A stretch of 64,000 nucleotides of DNA, taken from Alphaproteobacteria bacterium (GTDB lineage Bacteria; Pseudomonadota; Alphaproteobacteria; UBA828). Made by a program: the position numbers and the translations under genes. This document shows, piece by piece, positions 1 to 9,687 of the stretch (position 1 is its first letter; each line of letters starts with the position of its first letter). The DNA is taken from NCBI GenBank assembly GCA_965214705.1, contig OZ243972.1, positions 1,056,001 through 1,120,000 on the forward strand. The letters run 5' to 3'. Under the pieces are notes generated by a model. The model searched no databases, was not told the DNA's origin, and saw only the letters and a list, made by a program, of their open reading frames with translations.

Positions 1-497
1 GACCTGCATTCCAACCGCTCGCGACCGAGGTGGAGGGCGCCCTCGACCTTGAAGCGCCGGCGGGCCCCTTCCGCCTCACCGCCAAGGCGGACCGGATCGA
101 CCGCACCGATGCGGGCGCGCTGGAAATCATCGACTACAAGACGGGGAGCGTTCCGAGTAAGAGCCACGTGAAGGACGGGCGCAACCCGCAGCTCGCGCTG
201 GAGGCGGCGATCGCGGCCGCCGGCGGCTTCGCGGACGTCGACGCCGCCGAGGTCGCGGCCCTCGCCTACTGGAAGCTGAGCGGCGCCGAGACTGCCGGTG
301 AGATCACCGCGATCGGCGACGATGCGAGCGCGCTCGCGCAAGCGGCGGCCGACGGCCTGCGTGCGCTGATCGCCCGCTTCGACGATCCGGCGACCCCGTA
401 CCGCCCCGTGCCCCGGCCGGCGCTGGCGCCTGCCTGGAACGATTACGCCCACCTCGCCCGGCACAAGGAGTGGTCGGTGCCTGGAGGCGACCAGTGA
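1..497 (+). CDS. addB: Double-strand break repair protein AddB, C-terminal PD-(D/E)XK nuclease part (5' truncated by window)
   Basis: LTAKADRID...IIDYKTG...PQLALEA motifs and YAHLARHKEW tail; directly upstream of addA with GTGA overlap. Confidence 0.9.
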   Translation, partial: PAFQPLATEVEGALDLEAPAGPFRLTAKADRIDRTDAGALEIIDYKTGSVPSKSHVKDGRNPQLALEAAIAAAGGFADVDAAEVAALAYWKLSGAETAGEITAIGDDASALAQAAADGLRALIARFDDPATPYRPVPRPALAPAWNDYAHLARHKEWSVPGGDQ

Positions 498-3400
498 CAG
501 CCGCGCCCACGCCCGAAATGACGGCGGCCCAGCACAGGGCCTCGGACCCCGAAGCCTCGGTCTGGGTCGGCGCCTCGGCCGGCACCGGCAAGACCAAGGT
601 GCTGACCGACCGCGTGCTGCGCCTGTTGCTGGGCGGCACCGCGCCGGAACGCATCCTCTGCCTCACATTCACGCGAGCCGCCGCCGCCGAGATGGCGCTC
701 AGGATTTCGAGCGAGCTCGCGCGCTGGACCGTCGCCGACGAGGAAGCGCTGGCCGCAGCGCTGAGCGGACTGACCGGCGCGCAGCCGTCGCGGGCGACGC
801 GCGACCGGGCGCGGCGTCTCTTCGCCACCGTGCTCGACGTCCCCGACGGCCTGAAAATCCAGACCATCCACGCCTTCTGCCAGTCGCTGCTGCGGCGCTT
901 CCCGCTGGAGGCCGGTGTCTCACCAAATTTCGAGATCGCCGACGAGCAGATGAGCACAACGTTGTTGGGCGCGGCGCGCGCACGGCTGCTGCACGCTGCG
1001 CGGCCTGCGGTGGACGACGCCCTTGCGGCCAATCTCGTCACCATGACGGCAGTGGTCGGCGAGGAGGGTTTCGGTGCCCTGCTGGCGGACGTGAGCGGCG
1101 CGCGGGACCGCTTCGCCGCCCTGTTGGAGCGTCATGGCGACACCAGCGGTGCCATCGCGGCGCTGCGCGCCCGGCTCGGCGTGGCCGAGGGAGCGACGTC
1201 CGAAAGCGTGCTCGCGGAAGCATCGGTCGAGGGCGCCTTTGACCAGCTGGCGTTGACGAAAGCGGTGCGCGTGCTCACCGGCGGGACCGTGACGGACCAA
1301 CGGCGCGCGCAGACGATCGCGGCGTGGCTTGACGCAGACCATGAGGGGCGAAAGGCATGGTTTGGCCCATACCGCCGCGCCTTCCTCCATGAGGACGGCA
1401 ACGCGCTCCAGAGACTTATCACCAAGAAACTGGGCGATGCACACCCGGATGCGGCGGAGGCTCTCGGCCTAGAGCAGGAGAGGATCGGCGTGGTCGTCGA
1501 ACGCTGGAACGCCGCCCGCGTGGCCGAGAGCAGCGCCGCCCTTATCGAGGTCGCGTCCCGCCATCTCGGCTTCTACGGGGCCGAGAAAGAGCGCCATGCC
1601 GTGCTCGACTACGGCGATCAGATCGCCATCAGCCGCGGTCTGCTCGCCCGTGCAGGCATCGCACCTTGGGTGCTTTTCAAGCTCGACGGCGGCCTCGACC
1701 ACCTGTTGATCGACGAGGCGCAGGACACCAGCCCCGCGCAATGGGCGGTGATCGCGGCGTTGGCGGAAGAGTTCTTCGCGGGCGAAGGCGCCCGCGCCGC
1801 GCCGCGCACCCTCTTTGCGGTCGGCGACGAGAAGCAGTCGATCTTCAGCTTCCAGGGCGCCGACGCCCGTGCGCTGGCCGCCGCCCATCGGCGATTCCAG
1901 GGCCGGGCCGAGGCCGCCGACAGGCCGTGGCAGTCGCTCCCCCTGGCGGAATCCTTTCGCTCGACCGGGGCGGTGCTCGCCGCGGTCGATGCCGTGTTCG
2001 CCCGGCCCGAGGCGCGCGCGGGCGTCACTGCCGAGGCGGTGCCCATCCGCCACCAGGTGCATCGCGTAGGCGCGGGCGGGCGGGTCGAGCTGTGGCCGCC
2101 CGTCACGCCGGAGGAGCGGGAGTCGCCGAAGCCCTGGGCACTGCCGGTGGAGCGCGAGGAGGCCGACGACCCGGCGGCACGGCTCGCCGCGCTCATTGCG
2201 GAACGGGTTGCATCGTGGACGCAAGAGCCGGCAGCGGAAAGGAGCGACGGCTGGCTCGAGGCCCGCGGCCGCCCGATCCAGCCCGGTGACGTGCTGGTGC
2301 TGGTGCGCCGGCGCGGACCCTTCGTCGATCACCTGCTGCGGGCCTTCAAGGCGCGCGGCGTGCCGGTGGCGGGGATCGACCGCATGGTGCTGACCGAGCA
2401 GCTCGCGGTCATGGACCTGATCGCGCTCGGCGAGTTCTGCCTGCTGCCGGGCGACGACCTGTCGCTCGCCACGGTGCTCAAGAGCCCGCTGATCGGGCTC
2501 GACGAGGATGCGCTGTTCGCGCTTGCCTACGAGCGCGGCGACGCGAGCCTGTGGGCGACGCTCGGCCGCCGCCGCAATGAGAGCGCGGCGTTCCAGAGTG
2601 CGTACGAGGGCTTGGCTTCGCTCCGCAATGCTGCGGATACGATGGCGCCCTTCGAGTTCTACAGCGAGGTGCTGGGGGCGCGCGGTGGGCGGGCGGCGTT
2701 GCTCGGCCGCCTTGGCCCGGAATCGGGAGACGCCATCGAGGAGTTCCTGGCGCTCGCGCTCGCCTATGGCCGCGCACACCCCCCCTCGCTCCAAGGATTC
2801 CTTCACTGGGTCCGGGACGGGCGCGCAGAGATCAAGAGAGACTTCGAGCAGGGCCGCGACGAGGTGCGGATCATGACCGTGCACGGCGCTAAGGGGCTGG
2901 AGGCGCCGGTGGTCTTTCTGCCCGATACCACGCGCAAGCCCCGCAGCAGGGACCCGCTCGTCTGGCTCGAGGAGGAGGGAGCGGACGGCGCCGCCGGCGC
3001 GGTGGAGGGCCTGCTCTTCCCCGGCCGGGCCAGCCGCGAGGACCCGCTGACCCGCGAAGCCCGCGCCCGGGCCCGCACCGCCCAGGAGGAGGAATACCGC
3101 CGGCTTCTCTACGTCGCGATGACCCGCGCCGAGGACCGGTTCTATGTCTGCGGCTGGCAGGGCCGGGACACGCCGCCCGATGATTGCTGGTACGCGCTGG
3201 TGCGCTCAGGGATGGAGAGCCTGAAGGGGGTCGAGCCTTTGGTGATGCCGGAGGTCGGAGCGCCAGAGGGCGCGGGCCTCGCCTATGCCGAGCCCCAGAC
3301 CGCGCCGCTCCCCCCACCGGCCGAGCCTACGCCAGAGGCTGATGCGCCCCCGCCCCTGCCGCCCGCACTGCTGACGCCGCCGGCCGAAGAGCCGCCGGCG

Positions 3401-3940
3401 CCTCGCCCGCTCGCGCCCTCGCGCGCGCTCCCGGACCCTGCGCCGCACTCACCGATCAACGTCATTGGTCAGAGCGCCCGTTTGCGCGGGATCGCCGCGC
3501 ACAAGCTGCTGGAGCATCTGCCGGCGTTGGCGCCTGCGGACAGGCCGGCTGCCGCCCGCAGCCTGCTTGCGAGGCACGATCTCGACGACGGCGAGCGCGA
3601 GGCGCTGGGCGAGGCCATGATCGAACTCGTGGCAGACCCGGCGTTCGCCGCGCTCTTCGCGCCCGATGCCCTGGCCGAGGCGCCGATCAGCGCGGTCGTG
3701 GGCGACCGGGTGATCTCGGGCCAGATCGACCGGCTGCTGGTGGGCGAGCGGGAGGTGATCGCCCTCGACTACAAGACCGGCCGCGCCCCGCCCGACGACG
3801 ATGCGGTGCCGGAGGCCTACCGGGTCCAGATGGAGAGCTACCGCGCGGCGCTGGCCGCCGTCTTCCCGGACCGCACGATCACCTGCGGCCTGCTTTTCGT
3901 CGACGCCCCCCGCCTGATCTGGATAACGGCAGACGAGTAA
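494..3940 (+). CDS. addA: Double-strand break repair helicase/nuclease AddA
   Basis: Walker A ASAGTGKT, IDEAQDT, VGDEKQSIFSFQGA, MTVHGAKGLE, LYVAMTRAED, C-terminal GQIDRL/LDYKT nuclease; GTG 494 after GGAGG. Confidence 0.95.
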   Translation: MTAAPTPEMTAAQHRASDPEASVWVGASAGTGKTKVLTDRVLRLLLGGTAPERILCLTFTRAAAAEMALRISSELARWTVADEEALAAALSGLTGAQPSRATRDRARRLFATVLDVPDGLKIQTIHAFCQSLLRRFPLEAGVSPNFEIADEQMSTTLLGAARARLLHAARPAVDDALAANLVTMTAVVGEEGFGALLADVSGARDRFAALLERHGDTSGAIAALRARLGVAEGATSESVLAEASVEGAFDQLALTKAVRVLTGGTVTDQRRAQTIAAWLDADHEGRKAWFGPYRRAFLHEDGNALQRLITKKLGDAHPDAAEALGLEQERIGVVVERWNAARVAESSAALIEVASRHLGFYGAEKERHAVLDYGDQIAISRGLLARAGIAPWVLFKLDGGLDHLLIDEAQDTSPAQWAVIAALAEEFFAGEGARAAPRTLFAVGDEKQSIFSFQGADARALAAAHRRFQGRAEAADRPWQSLPLAESFRSTGAVLAAVDAVFARPEARAGVTAEAVPIRHQVHRVGAGGRVELWPPVTPEERESPKPWALPVEREEADDPAARLAALIAERVASWTQEPAAERSDGWLEARGRPIQPGDVLVLVRRRGPFVDHLLRAFKARGVPVAGIDRMVLTEQLAVMDLIALGEFCLLPGDDLSLATVLKSPLIGLDEDALFALAYERGDASLWATLGRRRNESAAFQSAYEGLASLRNAADTMAPFEFYSEVLGARGGRAALLGRLGPESGDAIEEFLALALAYGRAHPPSLQGFLHWVRDGRAEIKRDFEQGRDEVRIMTVHGAKGLEAPVVFLPDTTRKPRSRDPLVWLEEEGADGAAGAVEGLLFPGRASREDPLTREARARARTAQEEEYRRLLYVAMTRAEDRFYVCGWQGRDTPPDDCWYALVRSGMESLKGVEPLVMPEVGAPEGAGLAYAEPQTAPLPPPAEPTPEADAPPPLPPALLTPPAEEPPAPRPLAPSRALPDPAPHSPINVIGQSARLRGIAAHKLLEHLPALAPADRPAAARSLLARHDLDDGEREALGEAMIELVADPAFAALFAPDALAEAPISAVVGDRVISGQIDRLLVGEREVIALDYKTGRAPPDDDAVPEAYRVQMESYRAALAAVFPDRTITCGLLFVDAPRLIWITADE

Positions 3941-3941
3941 T

Positions 3942-4844
3942 TCAGCCGCCGAAGCGGGGCTCGGGCAGGCCCTGCACGCCGAGGTCGGAGACCGCGAGGA
4001 TGCCGCCGCCGTGGGGCTGGGGCTTGGAGGCCTCGCCGAAGATTTTTTGGGCCTCGGGGCCGAGGAAGTCGGTGCGGCCCATGGAGGTGAGATAGGCCAC
4101 GTCGAGGTTGTCGCCGCCGAACATGATGCTGGTGATGGTTTTGGTCGGCACCGGCACGCGGCGGTCTACCGTGCCGTCCGGCGCGTAGCGCACCAGCTGG
4201 CCGGAGACGATCTGCGCATTCCAAAGATAGCCCTCGGCATCGATGGTCGAGCCGTCCGGAATGCCCGGCTCGTCGTGAGTGTTGGCGAAGACCCGCTTGT
4301 TGGAGATCGCGCCGGTCTCGATGTCGTAATCGTAGGCGTAGATCTCCTGCATGTAGGAATCGGTGTGATAGAAGGTCTTGTTGTCGGGGCTCCAGCTCGG
4401 CCCGTTGTTGCAGATGATGCCGCGCTCCAGCTCGTGCACGGTGAGGTCGGGGTCGAGCCGGAAGAGGCCGCAGATGGGCGATTCCGAAATCTCGTCCTCG
4501 CCGCCGGCGAAGAAACGGCCGCGGCGGTCCACCTTGCCGTCGTTGAAGAGCGTGCGCGGCTCGTCGGCGTCGACCAGGGCGATGAGCTCGGTCTCGCCGC
4601 TGTCGAGGTCCATGAAGTAGAAGCCGTCGCGCATGGTGAGCACGCCGCCGCCCTGCTCCCTGAGCGCGAACGCGCCCACGGTCTTCGGCAGCGTCCAAGT
4701 GCGGGTCTTGCCAGTGCGCGGGTCCAGGCGCCAGACCTCCTTGTCCAGCATGTCGACCCAGTAGAGGACGCCGTCCACCGGGTCCCAGACCGGCCCCTCA
4801 CCGAGATAGTTGCCCGCCTCCACCACGCATTCGATCTTGACCAT
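3942..4844 (-). CDS. SMP-30/gluconolactonase/LRE family protein
   Basis: LGEGPVWD, FNDGKVDRRGRF, NNGPSWSPD, PDGSTIDAEG; start placed at ATG 4844 after GGGAGG. Confidence 0.9.
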   Translation of the reverse strand: MVKIECVVEAGNYLGEGPVWDPVDGVLYWVDMLDKEVWRLDPRTGKTRTWTLPKTVGAFALREQGGGVLTMRDGFYFMDLDSGETELIALVDADEPRTLFNDGKVDRRGRFFAGGEDEISESPICGLFRLDPDLTVHELERGIICNNGPSWSPDNKTFYHTDSYMQEIYAYDYDIETGAISNKRVFANTHDEPGIPDGSTIDAEGYLWNAQIVSGQLVRYAPDGTVDRRVPVPTKTITSIMFGGDNLDVAYLTSMGRTDFLGPEAQKIFGEASKPQPHGGGILAVSDLGVQGLPEPRFGG

Positions 4845-4966
4845 CGCGGCCTCCCTTTGCCTTCTGACGCTCCCTGCCCGCCCGCGACTGAGACAGGCGG
4901 ACCGGGTGTCGGGACCGGGCAACTATACGCCCGAATGCGCGTGCGCGGAGTCTCCGTGGCTGCGGG

Positions 4967-5380
4967 TCAGCACCCCATGACCTGCACGTGGCCCTCCTCA
5001 CCGTAGGCGAGCAGGCGGCGGTCGCGGGTCACCAGGGTGTAGCCGAAGGCCCGCGCGGTGGCGGCGAGGATGCGGTCCACCGGATCGGCCGGCGGCGCTC
5101 CGGGCAGCGCGCACGATGCGATCAGCACCGGGGGCGGCATCGCCGCGAGCGCCACCCCCGGCAGCGCGAGGACCCTGTCGAACCATACTTCGGAATCGAG
5201 CGAGAGCGCGATCTCGCCCTTGGCCACGAGCATGGCGATCTCCCACGCGGCCATCGGGGAGACGGCGAGGCCCCCGCCGTCGGCATTGGCCTGCCGTAGC
5301 GCGCTCGCGGCCGGCTCCCGCAGCGGATCGCCGTTCGCGATCCAGATGACCGCGCATGTATCGAGCAGGTAGACGGGCAT
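4967..5380 (-). CDS. vapC: PIN-domain (VapC-like) toxin
   Basis: YLLDTCAVIW, WEI, DPVDRILAATA, LVTRD acidic PIN residues; 137 aa. Confidence 0.9.
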   Translation of the reverse strand: MPVYLLDTCAVIWIANGDPLREPAASALRQANADGGGLAVSPMAAWEIAMLVAKGEIALSLDSEVWFDRVLALPGVALAAMPPPVLIASCALPGAPPADPVDRILAATARAFGYTLVTRDRRLLAYGEEGHVQVMGC

Positions 5381-5386
5381 CGCCGG

Positions 5387-5797
5387 CTACCCCGCAGCTT
5401 CCCAGTCCGCCTCGACCGGCGCGGTCAGGTCGGTCCCCTCCTTGATCGTCACCGTGCCCTTGAGGGCGCCGAAGACGAGAGAGAAGGACGCGGCCTCGGC
5501 GGGCGCGGCGTCCCGCAGCACATGGCTGCCGGTCTCCACTGCCGGCGGATACTGCGCAGTCTTGACGAAATCGAGCGTCTTGCCGGCCATATCCACGTTC
5601 TCCGTCTTGTACCCGGCCTTGAGCCAGGAATGGGTGATAACGCTGTTCGATGGGTTGTTCGACCACCAGGGCCGGTGCTTGAAGGCCGACGGGGGCAAGT
5701 CCGCGCCGATCACCCGCTCTATCTCGGCGAACGTCATGGTCACCGAATCCTGCCCGGATTCGCGCAGGTGGACCTCCAGGGCTGCGTACTTGGACAT
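5387..5797 (-). CDS. Putative antitoxin: DUF7662-like N-terminal domain plus antitoxin-type C-terminal peptide
   Basis: MSKYAAL..L...MTFAEIE..IG..LPPSA...WWSN...W..AGY N-terminus; FGALKGTVTI..DLTAP...W tail; 6 bp upstream of the PIN gene. Confidence 0.65.
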   Translation of the reverse strand: MSKYAALEVHLRESGQDSVTMTFAEIERVIGADLPPSAFKHRPWWSNNPSNSVITHSWLKAGYKTENVDMAGKTLDFVKTAQYPPAVETGSHVLRDAAPAEAASFSLVFGALKGTVTIKEGTDLTAPVEADWEAAG

Positions 5798-5833
5798 CCG
5801 GTTCGCTCCTCCGAGGGAGTAATGTTTGATGTG

Positions 5834-5864
5834 AGTATTCTAACTATTCCTAGTATTCCGTCAA
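5834..5864 (-). promoter_or_regulatory. Sigma70-type promoter of the TA operon overlapped by three 9-bp-period direct repeats
   Basis: Minus strand TTGACG (5864-5859), 16 nt, TAGAAT (5842-5837); + strand A(G/C)TATTC at 5834, 5843, 5852. Confidence 0.6.
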
Positions 5865-5987
5865 GTTCGGTTTGAGCGGCGGCGGCCGTCGCGGGCTCAA
5901 GCCATTGCCCGCCCGAGCGTCTCGGGCGTACCTTGGCCGGCCAGTTCGCGCCGCTCTGCCGGCGGCGCCATTCCGGGACGCGACGCG

Positions 5988-7238
5988 ATGACCGTTGAGG
6001 AGGCGCCCGGCCGCAGCCAGGCCCGCGTCATGGGGCTGATTGCACTCGCCCACGGCGCGAGCCACTTCTACCAGCTCGCCCTGCCGCCGCTCTTCCCTCA
6101 CCTCAAGGACGCGTTCGCGGTCAGCTACACCGAGCTCGGCACCCTGATGACCGTGTTCTACGTGGCCTCCGGCGTCGCGCAGACCGGGGCGGGCTTCCTG
6201 GTCGACCGCTTCCCGGCGCGCACGGTGCTGCTGGGCGGGCTCGCACTGCTTTGCATTGCGATTCTGCTGATGGGGCTCGCGCCCGCGTTCTGGATGCTGT
6301 TCCCGCTTGCCGTGCTCGCGGGGCTCGGCAACAGCGTGTTCCATCCGGCCGATCTCTCCATCCTCACCGCGAGCATCCGGCGCACGCGCTACGGCCGGGC
6401 CTACGGCTTCCACACGCTGGGCGGCAATCTGGGCTATGCGCTTGCGCCCATCGTCATGGTGGGGCTCGCGCTGGAGCTCGGCTGGCGCTCCGCCCTGATC
6501 GTGGCCGGCGCGGGCGGCCTCGTGTTGTTTCTGATCCTGTTCTTCAACCGGCACCTGTTCCTCGATGCGAGCGACGAGGCGCCTGCGGTGGCCCGCCCGC
6601 GTGTTGACGAAGCCTCCGCGGCGGTCGCGAACGGGCGCGGTTGGCTCACCGCCGTGAGGCAGGGTGTCGCTCCCCTCGTCTCGGTCCCGGTGCTGCTCTG
6701 CTTCGCCTTCTTCATCTTCTTGAGCGGGGCCACCATCGGCCTGCAGTCGTTCTTCCCGGCGCTGATGGACCAGCTCTACGGCCTGCCGGTCGCCGAAGGC
6801 GCGCCGCTGCTCTCGGTCTTCCTCTTCGGCGCATCGGGGGGAGTCCTGCTTGGCGGCTTCCTGGCCGAGCGCACGAGTTCACGGCATCAGCTCGTCATCG
6901 GCGCAGGCCTCGCGTCGGCAGCGGCGTTCTTCGTCGCCATCAGCCTCGGTCTCTTCCCGGCCGCAGTTCTGGGAGTCCCCTTCGCGCTCGCCGGCATCCT
7001 GGTCGGCCTCACCTTTCCGTCGCGCGACATGCTGGTGCGCGAGACCGCGGCGGCCGACGCCAGGGGCCGGGTCTTCGGATTCGTCTATTCGGGGCTCGAT
7101 ACCGGTGCCGCCGTCGCGCCGCTGATCGTGGGGCTCCTGCTCGATCACGGCGACCCCCGCGCCGTGATGTGGCTGATCGCCGCGCTGCTGCTGCTGGGCG
7201 TCGTGGCCGCCGCCCTCGCGAAAGGTCGTCAAGGGTGA
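5988..7238 (+). CDS. MFS transporter (Fsr-like)
   Basis: About 12 hydrophobic segments, GFLVDRF motif A, GLGNSVFHP. Confidence 0.85.
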   Translation: MTVEEAPGRSQARVMGLIALAHGASHFYQLALPPLFPHLKDAFAVSYTELGTLMTVFYVASGVAQTGAGFLVDRFPARTVLLGGLALLCIAILLMGLAPAFWMLFPLAVLAGLGNSVFHPADLSILTASIRRTRYGRAYGFHTLGGNLGYALAPIVMVGLALELGWRSALIVAGAGGLVLFLILFFNRHLFLDASDEAPAVARPRVDEASAAVANGRGWLTAVRQGVAPLVSVPVLLCFAFFIFLSGATIGLQSFFPALMDQLYGLPVAEGAPLLSVFLFGASGGVLLGGFLAERTSSRHQLVIGAGLASAAAFFVAISLGLFPAAVLGVPFALAGILVGLTFPSRDMLVRETAAADARGRVFGFVYSGLDTGAAVAPLIVGLLLDHGDPRAVMWLIAALLLLGVVAAALAKGRQG

Positions 7239-7323
7239 GCAAGCTGCGGCGCGCGCCATGCGCTACAATCCCGCCGCCCAGCCGCGCGGGTGCTCGTGTT
7301 CCCCTCTGCAATCGGTGAGTGGC

Positions 7324-8388
7324 ATGGTCAGCTTCGGCTTGTTTTGTCTCATGGGCTATCGGGACCGCGGAAGTGCGGTCTCCGAGGTGCTCGGCAACGC
7401 GGTACAAATGACGCAATGGGCGGAGGAGGCGGGCTTCGAGGCTGCCTGGTTCGCCGAGCACCACTTCTCCAATTACTGCGTCTGCCCCTCGCCGCTTCTG
7501 ATGGTCAATCACTGCGCGGGACATACGACGCGAATCAAGCTTGGCCCGGCGGTGATCGTGGTGCCGCTCTATCACCCGGTGCGGCTCCTCGCCGAGATCG
7601 GCATGACCCAGGCACTGCTCGGCGAGGATCGCTTCCTGCTGGGGCTCGGCAGCGGCTACCAGCCCTACGAGTTCGAGCGCTTCGGCGCAGACCTGGGTGA
7701 TTCCAAGGCTCAGCTGGATGAGTTCCTCGCGCTTATGGACCGGGCCTATGCAAACGAGACCTTCAGCTTCGACGGCGACTTCACCGCCTTGCCGGAGACC
7801 AACATCAGCACACGCCCGCCGGGTGGCGTGCCGCCGATCTGGATTGCCGGCGATTCGGAATCGACACACAAGCTGGCGGCCAGGCGCGGCTTCGTGCCGA
7901 TCATCACCGGTCGTTGGTTCGGCGCCGACTATCTGGCCGAGCAGCGGGAGCGCATCGACGCGTCCTATGCCGCCGAGGGCCTGGGCGGCCAATCACACGA
8001 GCTTGGGATTCTGCGCTTCGTCTGCGTGACCGAGAGCGATGAGGAGACGCGGGACTACCTCGTGCAAGCGCGCCAGCAGATGCGTTTCGCCGCCGCGCTC
8101 CGCAACCGGCAGGAGGCGATGAACGGCGGCATGCTCGTGGAAAAGCCGTTCTCCGGCGAGCCGCCGCTGGAGGAGATGGCGGCGAGCCTGCCGGTGGGCG
8201 ACGTCGCCACGGTCGCGGCACGGCTCACCGCCGACATACGCGCCTCGGGTGCGAGCCACATGATGCTGAACATCCAGGCGGCGGGCTCCACTATGGCGCA
8301 GGCCGAGCGCACCATCCGAGCCTTCGCCAGCGAGATCAGGCCCGCCATCGAGCGCGCTCTAACAGAAGACCCAGGCGCCGCGGCTTAG
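7324..8388 (+). CDS. LLM-class flavin-dependent oxidoreductase
   Basis: AEEAGFEAAWFAEHHF, PSPLL, IKLGPAV, HPVRLLAEI, GLGSGYQPYEF. Confidence 0.85.
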   Translation: MVSFGLFCLMGYRDRGSAVSEVLGNAVQMTQWAEEAGFEAAWFAEHHFSNYCVCPSPLLMVNHCAGHTTRIKLGPAVIVVPLYHPVRLLAEIGMTQALLGEDRFLLGLGSGYQPYEFERFGADLGDSKAQLDEFLALMDRAYANETFSFDGDFTALPETNISTRPPGGVPPIWIAGDSESTHKLAARRGFVPIITGRWFGADYLAEQRERIDASYAAEGLGGQSHELGILRFVCVTESDEETRDYLVQARQQMRFAAALRNRQEAMNGGMLVEKPFSGEPPLEEMAASLPVGDVATVAARLTADIRASGASHMMLNIQAAGSTMAQAERTIRAFASEIRPAIERALTEDPGAAA

Positions 8389-8537
8389 GGAACCTCTGAT
8401 TTATCAGGGGTTCCCGTGGCACAGGGATGTGCCACCATTTTCGGTGGCTGTAAGTCACTGAAAATGTGGGCAAAGCGGAAAGCGCGCTTCCGCCTTGCGC
8501 GTCTGAGAAATGCAGGAGGCACTTATTCAGACCTTCC
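8389..8537. mobile_element. 149-bp IS5-family-type MITE with TTAG target-site duplication
   Basis: Left end GGAACCTCTGATTTAT, right end revcomp GGAAGGTCTGAATAAG (11/16 match); TTAG at 8385-8388 and 8538-8541; no transposase. Confidence 0.8.
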
Positions 8538-9663
8538 TTAGCTCTTGCCCGCGCCCTCCGCCGGGGCGCCGATGCGGGCGGCGAGCGATGCCGCCAGGAA
8601 CTGGTCGATGCCGCCATCGAGCACGGCGTCGGGGTTGCTGCTTTCGATCCCGGTGCGCAGGTCCTTCACCATGCGGTAGGGCTGCAGCACGTAGGAGCGG
8701 ATCTGGTGACCCCAGCCGATATCGCTCTTCTGCTCGGCGAGCGCCTGCGCCTCCATCTCGCGCTCCTGCAGCGCACGCTCGTAGAGACGGGCGCGCAGCA
8801 TCGACATGGCCTCCGCCCTGTTGCGGTGCTGCGAGCGCTCCGCCTGGCACTGCACGACGATGCTGGTGGGCAGGTGGGTGATGCGGACCGCGCTGTCGGT
8901 CCGGTTGACGTGCTGCCCGCCCGCGCCCGAGGCGCGATAGGTGTCGATCCGGAGGTCCTTGTCCGCGATCTCGATGTCGATGGTCTCGTCCACCACGGGA
9001 TAGACCCAGACCGAGGCGAAGCTGGTGTGGCGCCTCGCGCCCGCGTCGAAGGGCGAGATGCGGACCAGGCGGTGCACGCCGCTCTCGGTCTTGAGCCAGC
9101 CGTAGGCGCTCTTGCCCGAGACCTTGAGGACGGCCGACTTGATCCCGGCTTCCTCGCCGGGACTTTCCTCGATCCACTCGACCTTGTAGCCGCGTTGCTC
9201 CGCCCAGCGGACGTACATGCGGAGCAGCATCTCGGCCCAGTCCTGCGATTCGGTGCCGCCGGCGCCGGCATGAACCTCGAGGAAGCCGTCGTTGCCGTCC
9301 GCCTCGCCGGAGAGCAGGCTCTCCAGCTCGCGCCGCTTCGCCTCCTCGCGGGTCGTGGCAAGCGCGGCTTCCGCCTCGCCGTAGGCGTCTTCGTCGGACT
9401 CTTCCTCGGCAAGCTCAGCGAGCGCGAGGCCGTCCTCCAGCTCCTGCTCCAGCCGCTGGTAGGTGGCGACCGCCGCATCGAGGCGAGTGCGCTCCTGCAT
9501 CACCGCGCGGGCGCGCTCGGCATCGGCCCAGAGGTCTGGGTCCTCGGCCTCGCGGTTCAGCGCCTCCAGGCGATCTTGGGCGCCGTCGAGGTCAAAGGTG
9601 CCTCCTCAGCAGCGTCAGCGACTGCTTGATGTCATCGGCAAGCGACAGAATTTCGGCGCGCAT
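8538..9663 (-). CDS. prfB: Peptide chain release factor 2, expressed by +1 programmed frameshift
   Basis: SPF and GGQ motifs; ATG 9663 [23 protein letters not shown] followed by CTT TGA C. Confidence 0.97.
9591..9606 (-). promoter_or_regulatory. RF2 +1 frameshift cassette
   Basis: Minus strand AGGAGG CAC CTT TGA C: internal SD plus slippery stop. Confidence 0.95.
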
Positions 9664-9687
9664 CGACAGGGCCCTTCCGGTGGGGGC

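Noticed and set aside
3290-3455. Pro-rich low-complexity stretch in addA
   Set aside because: Ordinary linker between the helicase and nuclease domains
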